From Patescibacteria group bacterium (GTDB lineage: Bacteria > Patescibacteriota > Microgenomatia > UM-FILTER-40-11): a DNA stretch of 64,000 nt. Location of the stretch: assembly GCA_035530075.1 (NCBI GenBank), contig DATKVM010000005.1, forward strand, positions 167,006-231,005. Direction: 5' to 3'. The position numbers and the translations under genes are program-made. The notes under the pieces were generated by a model that was not told where the DNA came from, searched no databases, and worked only from the letters and a program-made list of their open reading frames with translations. Every line of letters begins with the position of its first letter. Within the stretch, counting starts at the first letter, position 1. Below, in pieces: positions 47,026-56,399 of the stretch.

Positions 47026-47102
47026 ATGTTTTTAGAACTTGAGAGAGGGAGAGCAGGAGAGTAGAAGTTTTTATACTCTTCTACTCTTACACTCTTCTAC
47101 TC

Positions 47103-47894
47103 TTACTTGCTGATAACTTCAATTGGCGAGATAATTTCGCCTTTCAATTCCACTTTGATTATATCAAAGCGGTAGCCTTCTCTTTCCGTTTCTATTTCGT
47201 AAAGACCGCTGGGAAGGGGAGTCGCGCTTCTAAATTGGCCCAATTTATTGGTTCTAAAAGCGCGCACCGGATTCCCGGCGACATCGCGAATTTCAAGAAT
47301 GGCTGACTCGATAATTTTTCCCTGCTGGTCATGGGCGAAACCGGAAAGTAGATTGGGCATCGAAGGGGTAGCCGGAATAGCCATATTCGTAAATTTAGCC
47401 GCGACTGCCGGCGCGAGGGGTGGTTTGGGGATACTTGGCGCCTGAAAGATAGTGGCTGGTCGAGGAGGACTGACCAGTGGTGGGGGAGGAGTGGATCTAG
47501 TGATTGCCGGGGAAGGTGGAGCGGTGGGAGCACTGAGCGGCTTAACCAACGGCAGGGGGGAAACGGGAGAAGTAGTTTTTTTGGTGGAAATCAAATCTTC
47601 TCCTTCTCCTCGCTTTTTCCAAGTATATTGAGTGGGGGAGTAAATTCTTTTAAAGAAGGCAATAATCCAGACATCAATTGGCCGCCCCTCAAACGGCACA
47701 AAAGCGGCGGCTGCCCCGACCCCGCCAAAAAGAAGAATTAAAAACCACTTAATGAAACTGGGGGGATTAATGGCGTAAACAATTAGGGCGAGGACTATCC
47801 CGGCGGCCAATTTGCCGAATTGCCTTAAGGTCATATCGCCGACGAGGCGAAATTCATAACTGGTGATTGGTTGGGGTACTGGGTGTTGTTCCAT
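47103..47894 (-). CDS. membrane protein: N-terminal 2-TM hairpin (VirB3/PrgI-like?), Pro-rich linker, C-terminal carboxypeptidase-regulatory-like beta domain
   Basis: 263 aa with two adjacent hydrophobic helices near the N-terminus. A long P/S/T/A-rich linker leads to the C-terminal QGKIIESAILEIRDVAGNPV...GLYEIETEREGY beta-sandwich motif. Confidence 0.4.
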   Translation of the reverse strand: MEQHPVPQPITSYEFRLVGDMTLRQFGKLAAGIVLALIVYAINPPSFIKWFLILLFGGVGAAAAFVPFEGRPIDVWIIAFFKRIYSPTQYTWKKRGEGEDLISTKKTTSPVSPLPLVKPLSAPTAPPSPAITRSTPPPPLVSPPRPATIFQAPSIPKPPLAPAVAAKFTNMAIPATPSMPNLLSGFAHDQQGKIIESAILEIRDVAGNPVRAFRTNKLGQFRSATPLPSGLYEIETEREGYRFDIIKVELKGEIISPIEVISK

Positions 47895-47991
47895 CGATAT
47901 TTAAATCTTACTTTTTCCGGCAACCGCTTTCAACGGTAACAAAGTGGGTCAGAAACTACTTAAAGACAGTTAAATTTGCTACCATTAGATT

Positions 47992-48519
47992 ATGCTAGAA
48001 CTTTTTGGCTTAGGGGCCTTGCTGTTGGCCGCCATTTTCTGGGGTCCTTACGTGATGAAGACTGCCAAGAAAGGCGCTCCCTTTGTTCCTTTAGAGCCGG
48101 AAGTAGTCGAGGAGGTAATGAAATTAGCCAAAGTCGGCGAGGATGATGTTTTTTATGATTTGGGCTCTGGTGACGGTCGATTAGTAATTGCCGCGGCTTT
48201 AAGAGGGGCCAAGGAAGCTTACGGAGTAGAAATTGACCCCTTACGCGTTTTTTACTCCCGACTTTGGCTAAAAATTATGCGCTGTCGAAACGCTAAGATT
48301 TTCAAACAAGATATTTTTAAAACCGATTTGTCAGGGGCGACGGTGATTACCCTTTACTTGCTTCAGGAAACCAACGACAAACTAACAGAGAAGTTAAAAA
48401 AAGAATTGCCCAAAGGAGCGCGAGTAGTTTCCATTGCCTTTTCTCTTCCTGGCTGGGAGCCGGTTAAAGTCAGCCCCATTGGTCCAATTTATGGACCGGT
48501 ATATCTATATATTGTTTAA
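47992..48519 (+). CDS. small class I SAM-dependent methyltransferase
   Basis: 175 aa. SAM motif I is VFYDLGSGDGRLVIAAA and the acidic motif II is YGVEID. Confidence 0.6.
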   Translation: MLELFGLGALLLAAIFWGPYVMKTAKKGAPFVPLEPEVVEEVMKLAKVGEDDVFYDLGSGDGRLVIAAALRGAKEAYGVEIDPLRVFYSRLWLKIMRCRNAKIFKQDIFKTDLSGATVITLYLLQETNDKLTEKLKKELPKGARVVSIAFSLPGWEPVKVSPIGPIYGPVYLYIV

Positions 48520-48592
48520 TAGTTCCATTAAATTGCAAATCTTACCTTTTGCTCTTGAACGGAGAGAGGCTTTAAAGTAAAATAGGGTTGAA

Positions 48593-50644
48593 ATGAAAGA
48601 AAAAGGACCCAACGGTTCAGAGTTTCAAGCTCAACCAGCTTCAGACGAAACAGAGAAAGAGAAGACCGAAAGACTGGAAGAGGAACGGAAGCAGGCGCAA
48701 GCTGCGCAGGAAGAGAAGAGGCGGCAACAGCAACCAGAAAAGAAAAGAGGAGAGAGGAGAAGAGAGGAAAGGCCTACAGGGCAAGAACGAGCCGCAAAAA
48801 AACCAGAGGATCAAAGGGCAGCCGAGAGGGCCGCTCAGCTTCCGCAGAGCGAGTCGGTAGCAAGGGAGACTCCGGGCCGCACTTTTGAAGAACGCCAGGC
48901 TGATTATCGAGCAAAGAGAGAAGACTTAGAAGCAAGGATAAAACTGCTAGATGACCAGATTGATGACTTAAAAGCCCAATCTCCTGGGGCGAATGAAGCC
49001 GAGATTGCCAAAACAGAGGCTGAAAAGGCCAGCGTAAACAGGGAATGGAAAGAAACTATTGAGAGGATGGGGAGAGAGCAGGACGAGAGGATCAGAGAAC
49101 TATCCTCTTTTTCCGCGCCAGAGAGAGCAAGGTATGGAGTTCCTGAGGTGGCTTTTGACCCTAACAAACTTGAGGAACAAATGGCTTGGTTCCAAAGAAC
49201 CATTGCCCGAATAGAATCACAAAAACTGCCTTTCACCGAAGCGTGGCAGGATACCTCAGCCCTTAAATGGTTTATTTCTTCCATTGACCTCATAAAATAT
49301 CCGGAACATCTAGGCACTCTACGCACTTTCCAGCAAATATATGAAAATCGCCGGATGCTGCATGATTTTATGTATGTCTATGAGAAGGCAGGGGGAACAG
49401 ACGATATCATCGGCATTGCTCATTATGCTAATTTAGAGAACTTGGAACAATTGATTAAGGGAGATGTTTGGGTGGAGACAGAGGGAGGGATGGTAGCTAG
49501 AGATCCGGTTAAGGCGATGCTTTGGTTCCAAGGGAGAGCAGATAAAGTATTAGAAGAAAGAAAAAAGGTGGCTGAAGCGGCAGCAAAGATGGAAGGAGCC
49601 AGTGGAAGCAAAAAAAAGGAATATAAAACAGAAAAAGATGAAGCAGAAGAAAGAGAAAGGAGCATAATTAGTGAAATGCAGGTTAGGGCAAGGGGAGAGG
49701 TGGTTGAAATAGATAAAGACGCAAAGAAAATTGTTAAGCCCGACGATAAAGAAGGAGCATATTATCGCTTGGGCGGAAGGCTTTTCTCTGCTTTTGGGTT
49801 TGCCGCCCAATACAACATCACCCTTAACGGCTCAGGAGATTTTTTGGTTGGTCGCTTGTTGAATATGAAAGGCCATTTGCTTGACGACAATTGGGCTGGC
49901 CGGGAAAAGCTTTGGAAGTATTTTAGGCAAGAATCTTTTGCCCGTCCCCTTTTTAGTGATAAGCATTTAGGTGATGGCTTTGAAACAAGCGAAAGCGAAG
50001 TTGGTCTGGAAACAACCGAAGAAATTATAGACGAAAAGAAGGGCATTTCCGCCCGAATAACCAGAATAGTCGATGATGACAAACATGGCAAATTTAAAAA
50101 TTTAAGTTTCCGAGCCCATAACGTTGATGGCTCAGCCTACGCTTCCCGTTGGTGCGATCAGAATGTTAAGGCTGACAAGTGGCGGTCCTATGTCCTCTCC
50201 GGAGCAGGATATAGTCAGAGTCCGGATATGCAGACATTTATGGAAATGTCAAAATACTTAGAGCATATTAAAGGTGGTAAAAGGAGAAACAAATTTACAG
50301 AGGGGGTAATGAAAGGATTGATTGAGTTTTATAAAAAGGAAGGGCTGGTGTTTAAAAAAAGCGATGCGCAAAGACTCTTTGGCGATAAAGAGGCATATTG
50401 GAAAAGTGCGCAGGTTGAAGCCGCTCTTAATACCGCAACTCCAGGAATGTTAAGCGCCGAGGGCAGAGAAAAGCTCCTTAAAGAATATGTTGGGGCAAAC
50501 GAATTTACCAGGGGAGTGCGGCATCTTCGTGATAGTCTTGGGAGAAGACCACTCCTTTTCTTCTTAGGTTTCCTTTGGGACGCCCTTTGGGGAGCCTTAG
50601 GTGAAGCAGCCGAACTAAAAGCGGATAAGAAAAAAAGAAGATAA
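48593..50644 (+). CDS. hypothetical protein with highly charged low-complexity N-terminal region
   Basis: 683 aa. The first 100 aa or so are E/K/R/Q-rich, followed by a globular region with no recognised motifs. No TM is present. Confidence 0.45.
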   Translation: MKEKGPNGSEFQAQPASDETEKEKTERLEEERKQAQAAQEEKRRQQQPEKKRGERRREERPTGQERAAKKPEDQRAAERAAQLPQSESVARETPGRTFEERQADYRAKREDLEARIKLLDDQIDDLKAQSPGANEAEIAKTEAEKASVNREWKETIERMGREQDERIRELSSFSAPERARYGVPEVAFDPNKLEEQMAWFQRTIARIESQKLPFTEAWQDTSALKWFISSIDLIKYPEHLGTLRTFQQIYENRRMLHDFMYVYEKAGGTDDIIGIAHYANLENLEQLIKGDVWVETEGGMVARDPVKAMLWFQGRADKVLEERKKVAEAAAKMEGASGSKKKEYKTEKDEAEERERSIISEMQVRARGEVVEIDKDAKKIVKPDDKEGAYYRLGGRLFSAFGFAAQYNITLNGSGDFLVGRLLNMKGHLLDDNWAGREKLWKYFRQESFARPLFSDKHLGDGFETSESEVGLETTEEIIDEKKGISARITRIVDDDKHGKFKNLSFRAHNVDGSAYASRWCDQNVKADKWRSYVLSGAGYSQSPDMQTFMEMSKYLEHIKGGKRRNKFTEGVMKGLIEFYKKEGLVFKKSDAQRLFGDKEAYWKSAQVEAALNTATPGMLSAEGREKLLKEYVGANEFTRGVRHLRDSLGRRPLLFFLGFLWDALWGALGEAAELKADKKKRR

Positions 50645-50660
50645 GGTAATAATTTTTTTA

Positions 50661-52073
50661 TCAGAGTCGTCCAATTGCTTTTTGCCACCAACTTAGTGGA
50701 GTTCTTATGCCAGGAGGCTTCAGGCCACGGGCTGTTTGAATATCAAACATTCTGTTTCCCTCTTCTATTTTCCTTATTGCCCCAATCTGAGGACCGAGAG
50801 TTCGATCAACTCCGCCCGAAATGGTTCCTTGGGCCCAACCGACCGTTTGGCCAATGGCGGTTCCAAAAGTTCCAAACCCAGCGGCCTTAAAGGCTTCGAG
50901 GACTACGTTGGGAATACTTCCGACCGCCATAAGCAAACCCAACCCTAGAATTGCTGTTAAAGCTCCTCCTCCTACTCCTAAGACTGGAGGAGTCCATGTT
51001 GGCCCTTTTCCCACCTCAATAATTACACTGGCTAGGAGCAAGAAAAGCGCCACGGCTGGAAAGACTAAAACATTGGCCAGGAGGTTTAGAAACCAGGCGC
51101 CAAATCCTCCTTTACTGCCCGGGACGGCTCCAAGAAGTATTTGGATTGGACCAATAATGACGGAGACAATAATGGAGATATAAGATTTGAGAAGGTTAAA
51201 AAATAGCTTAAGGACTAAGTAAAGAGCGATAATGAGGAAAATTAAGGTGAAAATAACGCCCCCAATTCCAGCTAGAATCCCCACCAAAATATTAGGGTTT
51301 AATCCTGCAAAAAAGGTCTTCACTACAACTCCCTCCCACACCGCCTTAATGCCGCCCCCCAACACTAAACCATAAGCTTCACCGAAACCGAGACTAACAA
51401 ATTTACGTTGTTCGGCGGCAATCTCGGCCATACTTCCCAAAAGACCACTTTGCCCGATAATTAAAACACCCACATAGATAAGAACATAGATTAAATCAAT
51501 CAGTAAGCCAGCAATGGCATAAGAGAAAGTAACTAAGATTAGGGCAATAACTAGTTTTGGAATGGAGTTTTGAATTGTTACTGCTGTTTTAGGGTCAATT
51601 TTTACCCGAAACATGATGGCCAAACCAGTAAAGAGAAAGATTAAAACAAAGAAAAGATAAGCCAAATTGCGTGAGGCTCGCCAAAGAGGGAGTAGGCTAC
51701 TTAAGCCTCTAAAGCCGATGCCGCCTTGGGCGTAAGCTGGTTTAACCAAGCCAAAGTTCCTTCCGAGATAGGCAAAATATTCGATTGAAGAAGCGGGAGG
51801 ATTAGTATACATTGAAACAATCAAATTGCCAACCGCCGTTAAGGCACCCCCCTCACTTTTGTTAGTATTTTCTGAAGGGGCAATTGATTTAATAACAGAG
51901 ATAGCGAGGTCTTTATAAGTTTCATTAGTGTGGCTTTCTAGGTTTAGATCCGGAAGAGTAAGAGCTTTTTCGTAATCGTCAAGATTAGTGCTTCCTTTGT
52001 AGGCTAGGGTGGACGTAGCATTTATAAATAGAAAAACAAAAGATAATGGAATTATAACCTTGAAGAATTTCAT
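50661..52073 (-). CDS. VirB6/TrbL-like polytopic membrane protein
   Basis: 470 aa. A signal peptide and extracytoplasmic N-domain precede at least 5 TM helices with Gly-rich loops. It sits in the T4SS-like locus. Confidence 0.5.
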   Translation of the reverse strand: MKFFKVIIPLSFVFLFINATSTLAYKGSTNLDDYEKALTLPDLNLESHTNETYKDLAISVIKSIAPSENTNKSEGGALTAVGNLIVSMYTNPPASSIEYFAYLGRNFGLVKPAYAQGGIGFRGLSSLLPLWRASRNLAYLFFVLIFLFTGLAIMFRVKIDPKTAVTIQNSIPKLVIALILVTFSYAIAGLLIDLIYVLIYVGVLIIGQSGLLGSMAEIAAEQRKFVSLGFGEAYGLVLGGGIKAVWEGVVVKTFFAGLNPNILVGILAGIGGVIFTLIFLIIALYLVLKLFFNLLKSYISIIVSVIIGPIQILLGAVPGSKGGFGAWFLNLLANVLVFPAVALFLLLASVIIEVGKGPTWTPPVLGVGGGALTAILGLGLLMAVGSIPNVVLEAFKAAGFGTFGTAIGQTVGWAQGTISGGVDRTLGPQIGAIRKIEEGNRMFDIQTARGLKPPGIRTPLSWWQKAIGRL

Positions 52074-52114
52074 TCTCTTTTAGCTTAAATTTTTTTTCAA
52101 TCCTTGTCAATCAG

Positions 52115-54115
52115 TTAGAAACTGCAAGTTGGGCATAAAGGGTCAAAACTTTGAATGTCAATTCCTTGCGGCCTTAAAGCGCAACGTTCCAGACAATATC
52201 GCTTTCTGGCCGCTTCCTGCTGGTAATTCAATGCCGATGAACCGACGCCTACTTGATATCCTTCGACTTTAAACTCCGCTTCTCCGGCTAAGGGTTCATC
52301 CTTATTGCTCGGCTTTATCGCTTCCGGAATAGCGTGATTAAGGTAAGTTGACTGCTCATTAAAAGTTTCCCCGCCGGGCAGTTTCCCTCGGCTTTTATTA
52401 ATTAAAGCCACTTTCGTTTGGGTTACGGTTACCCACTGCCAAATGTTGTCAATTAGTTTCAAAATCGGCTCCAAGACTTTAGTAATGAAGCTGGCGGGAG
52501 TAGAAAAATTGGACTGAAGAGTCGCTAATTGATTAACGGGATTATCCTCGGCCGGGTTTCCCGATTGGCAGGTGATTTCCCACCCCGGCGGCTCAGGCAC
52601 ATTGGCGGCCACTTTAATCGCCATCTTTGGTGGGGGCTCGCAAGCATTAAAAAGCCCGCAAGCAATTTTGGTTGACCCTAGAAGCCGGGTCCACCAGGAG
52701 GGGAGAGTCACTCCTGTTTCCGGAATTTTGCTTGGCTTGCTTGCTGGCCCAAGATCTTCTTTGTCCACCACATAGTGTTTTAGTTTAGTTTTAAGCGGGG
52801 TTGAATCCAGGTTTAGGTTTTGCCGTAAGGCTTGAGGTAAGAGTCGATTAAGACCTAGATAAAGGTTTTGCTCCATTACGGAAAAATTAGGCACCGCCTC
52901 TTTCTGCAGCGTTAAAGAACCTTCTGCCGACTGGCCGCTGCCAGCCGCCAATACCCGTTGTTGTTGGCCAGGGGGCAGAGTTGCCGGAGTGTATTGGGAG
53001 GTTTCGCTGCCTTTATTAAGGCTAAAGTCAGTGCAAATTAAGTTATCTTTCACCGCTAAAATCATTGGCTCGTCTCCCGAGCCACACTCGTTACATTCGC
53101 TGGAGCTGGTAACATAGTAAGCGTGTTGCTTCCCCGGGCAGCGGTTTAATGTTGGGGTGGTAGCAGAGGGGGTAATCCTTTGAGTGTCGCCGCCGCCGCG
53201 GTGACTCTTTAAGAAACTGGCGGTTTTGGCGGAGCCGAAAATGCTCCAGCTCCCGGGGCGATGGGGGTCATAGGAAAAAACGGCAAACATCTTAAAACTT
53301 GAATCTCCTGCCCATTTTGGCCAAACCTTTTCCAGCATTTGGCCAATTTCTTCGTCACGGTAACAGGGGGGAGTACAGGTGCCCGCCACCCCGGTTTCTA
53401 AAGCGTAATAAGGGCTGGGAATACCAATTTCATCATATCGGCAATTATTCATCGGCGGAATTGCCGAGCAGGGACCATTAACAAACTGGTCATATTCATT
53501 AATGGAGGAACCAGCAAAAAGCCCATAGAACCCCGCTTTCCCGCCAGGGTTAGTGAAAAAAGAGCCGTTGATGAATGACGGGTTTAATTTGTCTACCATA
53601 GGAGACAGGAGGATTACTTTTGATCCCAGAATTCCTGCTTCTTGAAACAAATTTTTGAGGAACTGAGAATATTGATAGACCCTGTTTCCCTCCGTCTCCC
53701 CTCCGCCTTCATTTTGGTGGTTTGGTTCGTTCCAGGGCATAAAGTAAACTTTGTTGGGAAAGGGGATACCTTGTAAGGTAGCTGTCCAAGCGCGAGCCTG
53801 ATTTTCGTCGGGAGTTTTTTCGGGATAATGACCGCGAATGACGAGATTAATGTTTTGATATTTGGGGTCGCTGACAATTTTGGCAATCTTGTCGCCATCG
53901 CCAGGACAAGCCATAACTACTACCCAGCCGCCTGGACCGACTAATCCGGCTGCCTGGTCAAATTCTTGCCAGTGGTCGCCAATATTGACTCCGACTTTAT
54001 TTTGGGCTCTTGCCGAACCAGCGGTTAGGAAGAGCAAAGCTGGGAAAATCAGGAGAAAGACCAGTTTTTTCATTGCGCCCTCCGGGTTGCCATCATAGTG
54101 GTCCGGGAATTTCAA
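52115..54115 (-). CDS. secreted putative glycoside hydrolase (GH5-like NEP motif) with Cys-rich C-terminal region
   Basis: 666 aa with a signal peptide. PWNEPNHQ resembles the GH5/clan GH-A acid/base strand. Many Cys lie in the C-terminal half. Confidence 0.4.
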   Translation of the reverse strand: MKFPDHYDGNPEGAMKKLVFLLIFPALLFLTAGSARAQNKVGVNIGDHWQEFDQAAGLVGPGGWVVVMACPGDGDKIAKIVSDPKYQNINLVIRGHYPEKTPDENQARAWTATLQGIPFPNKVYFMPWNEPNHQNEGGGETEGNRVYQYSQFLKNLFQEAGILGSKVILLSPMVDKLNPSFINGSFFTNPGGKAGFYGLFAGSSINEYDQFVNGPCSAIPPMNNCRYDEIGIPSPYYALETGVAGTCTPPCYRDEEIGQMLEKVWPKWAGDSSFKMFAVFSYDPHRPGSWSIFGSAKTASFLKSHRGGGDTQRITPSATTPTLNRCPGKQHAYYVTSSSECNECGSGDEPMILAVKDNLICTDFSLNKGSETSQYTPATLPPGQQQRVLAAGSGQSAEGSLTLQKEAVPNFSVMEQNLYLGLNRLLPQALRQNLNLDSTPLKTKLKHYVVDKEDLGPASKPSKIPETGVTLPSWWTRLLGSTKIACGLFNACEPPPKMAIKVAANVPEPPGWEITCQSGNPAEDNPVNQLATLQSNFSTPASFITKVLEPILKLIDNIWQWVTVTQTKVALINKSRGKLPGGETFNEQSTYLNHAIPEAIKPSNKDEPLAGEAEFKVEGYQVGVGSSALNYQQEAARKRYCLERCALRPQGIDIQSFDPLCPTCSF

Positions 54116-54548
54116 ATTTGGTTACATCTACTCCGGTAATAGTTTGAATCAGTTTTAAGATAAACCAAATTCCCAAGAAAACCACTAGCCCGCCAATCGC
54201 GTAAGTAAGAGTTGAGCGAGCTTTTTGCATCGCTTTGGCGTCTCCGCCTGCCGTTAAAAGTTGAAATGAGCCGACAATGAGCATCACAAACATTGCTAAG
54301 CCAGCAATTGGCGTTAAAATGCGGACAATATTGATAAAAAGGCATTCAAATCCCTGGATGGTCGCCACGTCTTCTGTCCCCGGAATTTGGCCAAGGCAGT
54401 TTTTAGAAATATCCCCCCAAGGTTGGGGAAAAGATTCTTGAGCGAGCACCGGTGGGGATAAGAAGTGAGAAGCAAAAAGCGAGACAGTGCTTATTAGCAC
54501 AAAACAGCCAGACAACAAGCCAACAAGATAACTGCTAATCTTCTTCAC
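54093..54548 (-). CDS. VirB2/TrbC-like pilin paralog 1
   Basis: Signal peptide, then helix, a TAGGDAK loop, a second helix and a short tail. This architecture is shared with 7 paralogs. Confidence 0.6.
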   Translation of the reverse strand: MKKISSYLVGLLSGCFVLISTVSLFASHFLSPPVLAQESFPQPWGDISKNCLGQIPGTEDVATIQGFECLFINIVRILTPIAGLAMFVMLIVGSFQLLTAGGDAKAMQKARSTLTYAIGGLVVFLGIWFILKLIQTITGVDVTKFEIPGPL

Positions 54549-54646
54549 ATTTTTAGTCTAACATAACTATCTTGAGAGTAAAAGAAGTTGTCAAACTCAA
54601 AAGCGCCAACTTTCGCTGGCGCTTCCATTTTTCTTCCTTAACTTGC

Positions 54647-55081
54647 CTATTTGACCGTAAAGGTAGGGATTTGCAAATTAAGAATATTGACGCCGAAAAG
54701 CGCTTGGATTAAAGCGATAATGGCCCAAGCGGCAAAAACAATCGCCAAACCGATTAAAGCATTAGTAATTCTTTTGCGGGCAGTTTCCGTCCCGGCCTTA
54801 TCGCCACCGGAGGTAATCCATTGGATTCCCCCGATAACTAAGACAAAGAAAAAGATAATGGCGGCCGCAATCAAGACCAACCTAATTGCTCCCTGAAGAA
54901 TACTCACCAGGGTAATATTAAGCAGTCCCTCAAACCCCGAACCCTCACCCGGTTCGATTTGAATTTCCGACGGCAGCGGCGCTACGGTCGTTCCCGCTAA
55001 AGCCACGGAAGGGTTAATTAAAAAGACACCAACCGCTAGCGAAATACTCGCTAAAACCTTTCTAACTTTACTCATATTCAC
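54647..55081 (-). CDS. VirB2/TrbC-like pilin paralog 2
   Basis: Shares the architecture, with conserved WITSGGDKAG...ITNALIGLAI. Confidence 0.6.
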   Translation of the reverse strand: MNMSKVRKVLASISLAVGVFLINPSVALAGTTVAPLPSEIQIEPGEGSGFEGLLNITLVSILQGAIRLVLIAAAIIFFFVLVIGGIQWITSGGDKAGTETARKRITNALIGLAIVFAAWAIIALIQALFGVNILNLQIPTFTVK

Positions 55082-55094
55082 CCCCTTTCGGTAA

Positions 55095-55475
55095 CTAAAA
55101 AGACGGTAGTTTTAATCGAGTGAGTTTAATGTCAAAGAAAAACTCGATTGCTCCTATTATAGCAAAGATTGAAAGGAGAATGGCAAGGCCGATTAAAGCG
55201 TTGGTAATAGTTTTTTGGGCCGATTCCATTCCCGCCTTGTCGCCTCCGGCGGTAATCCATTTAATCGCGCCGATTAAGAAAATAAAAACAAAAACAACCG
55301 CTCCGCTAATTAGAAAGAGGTTGATAGCCAAAGTCAGTCCTTTTTGAAGGAAAGCCAGGCCGGAAAGTTGGCTGATTGGAGTAGGCAATATCGGATTGTG
55401 AATGTCCGGCATCGGCGTGACTGCCGCCAGAAGCTTTTGGCCAAGAAGAGTAGTGTTCAAAACTAAAGATATCAT
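55095..55475 (-). CDS. VirB2/TrbC-like pilin paralog 3
   Basis: Conserved WITAGGDKAG...ITNALIGLAI and a two-helix hairpin. Confidence 0.6.
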   Translation of the reverse strand: MISLVLNTTLLGQKLLAAVTPMPDIHNPILPTPISQLSGLAFLQKGLTLAINLFLISGAVVFVFIFLIGAIKWITAGGDKAGMESAQKTITNALIGLAILLSIFAIIGAIEFFFDIKLTRLKLPSF

Positions 55476-55882
55476 TTAGGGGCTAAATCTTTAATAAATT
55501 TGGCCACCGAGAGAATATTGGGAATGCCGATTAAACTGCCGATAAGGTCAATAAGGAAGGTAGCCGATAAGACCAAAATTAAGCCAATTATGCCGGTCGT
55601 AATTTGTTTTTGGGCATTTTGCAGTTTGGTTTTGTCGCCGCCGGAAGCCAGCCAGCCGATGGCGCCAGTGAATAGAACAAAGGTAAACCAAATAACGGCA
55701 ATAATCGTCATTACCCCGATAATGTTCGAAAGAATATTGACAAAAGTGCTAATCGCCGTAATTTCGTTAGTTAGAGGCCAGCTCTCCCCTCCCAAGATGC
55801 CAATTCCCTCCAGGGGCCCTAACTGAACTCCGGAAGGGGTCGGCCCGGCGGCTAAAACTGATTTAGTCAAATTAAGGTCCAT
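55472..55882 (-). CDS. VirB2/TrbC-like pilin paralog 4
   Basis: Conserved WLASGGDKTK...ITTGIIGLIL. Its start overlaps the neighbouring gene. Confidence 0.6.
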   Translation of the reverse strand: MDLNLTKSVLAAGPTPSGVQLGPLEGIGILGGESWPLTNEITAISTFVNILSNIIGVMTIIAVIWFTFVLFTGAIGWLASGGDKTKLQNAQKQITTGIIGLILVLSATFLIDLIGSLIGIPNILSVAKFIKDLAPK

Positions 55883-56399
55883 AAATTGTTGGCACTAAAA
55901 TCGCCCTGGCATCGCCAAAGATTAACCAGCCAAAAATGGCGGCCAGGACGAAGGAGCCGGCGACAAAAAGAAGTCCGAGCAAAGATTGCCAAATTCTTGC
56001 CCAGGCTTGCTCAACTTTTTTGGCGTCGCCCCCGGCTCCCATAAAACTGTAGCCGGCAATAATAATATTAAAAAAGGCAAAGAGCCCAGCCGCACCAATG
56101 AGTAATTTAAGCAAAACGTTCATAAATTTAACTAGGCCAGTTTGGAAATCACCATATTCGGAAACCCCCTGGGGAGCAGCGATAGAACCAAAAAAGCTTG
56201 CTGGGGCGGGCGTTCGACATTGGGGACAGTTTTCAGGTAAAGAACATCGCGTGTCATTACAGGGGATACCTCCTATATTGGCGGGTTTACCGCACAAATA
56301 GGGACAAGTGTCTGCCAAAACCGTTGACGCTGAGCAAAAAAGAAAGAAGACTAAAAAAATTAAGATGGGCGTTATTGCCTTCGCAAATTTATTTTTCAT
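55872..56399 (-). CDS. VirB2/TrbC-like pilin paralog 5 with Cys-rich N-terminal module
   Basis: A signal peptide and an 8-Cys segment (CPYLCGK...CNDTRCSLPENCPQC) precede a C-terminal GAGGDAKK two-helix pilin module. Confidence 0.55.
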   Translation of the reverse strand: MKNKFAKAITPILIFLVFFLFCSASTVLADTCPYLCGKPANIGGIPCNDTRCSLPENCPQCRTPAPASFFGSIAAPQGVSEYGDFQTGLVKFMNVLLKLLIGAAGLFAFFNIIIAGYSFMGAGGDAKKVEQAWARIWQSLLGLLFVAGSFVLAAIFGWLIFGDARAILVPTIYGP

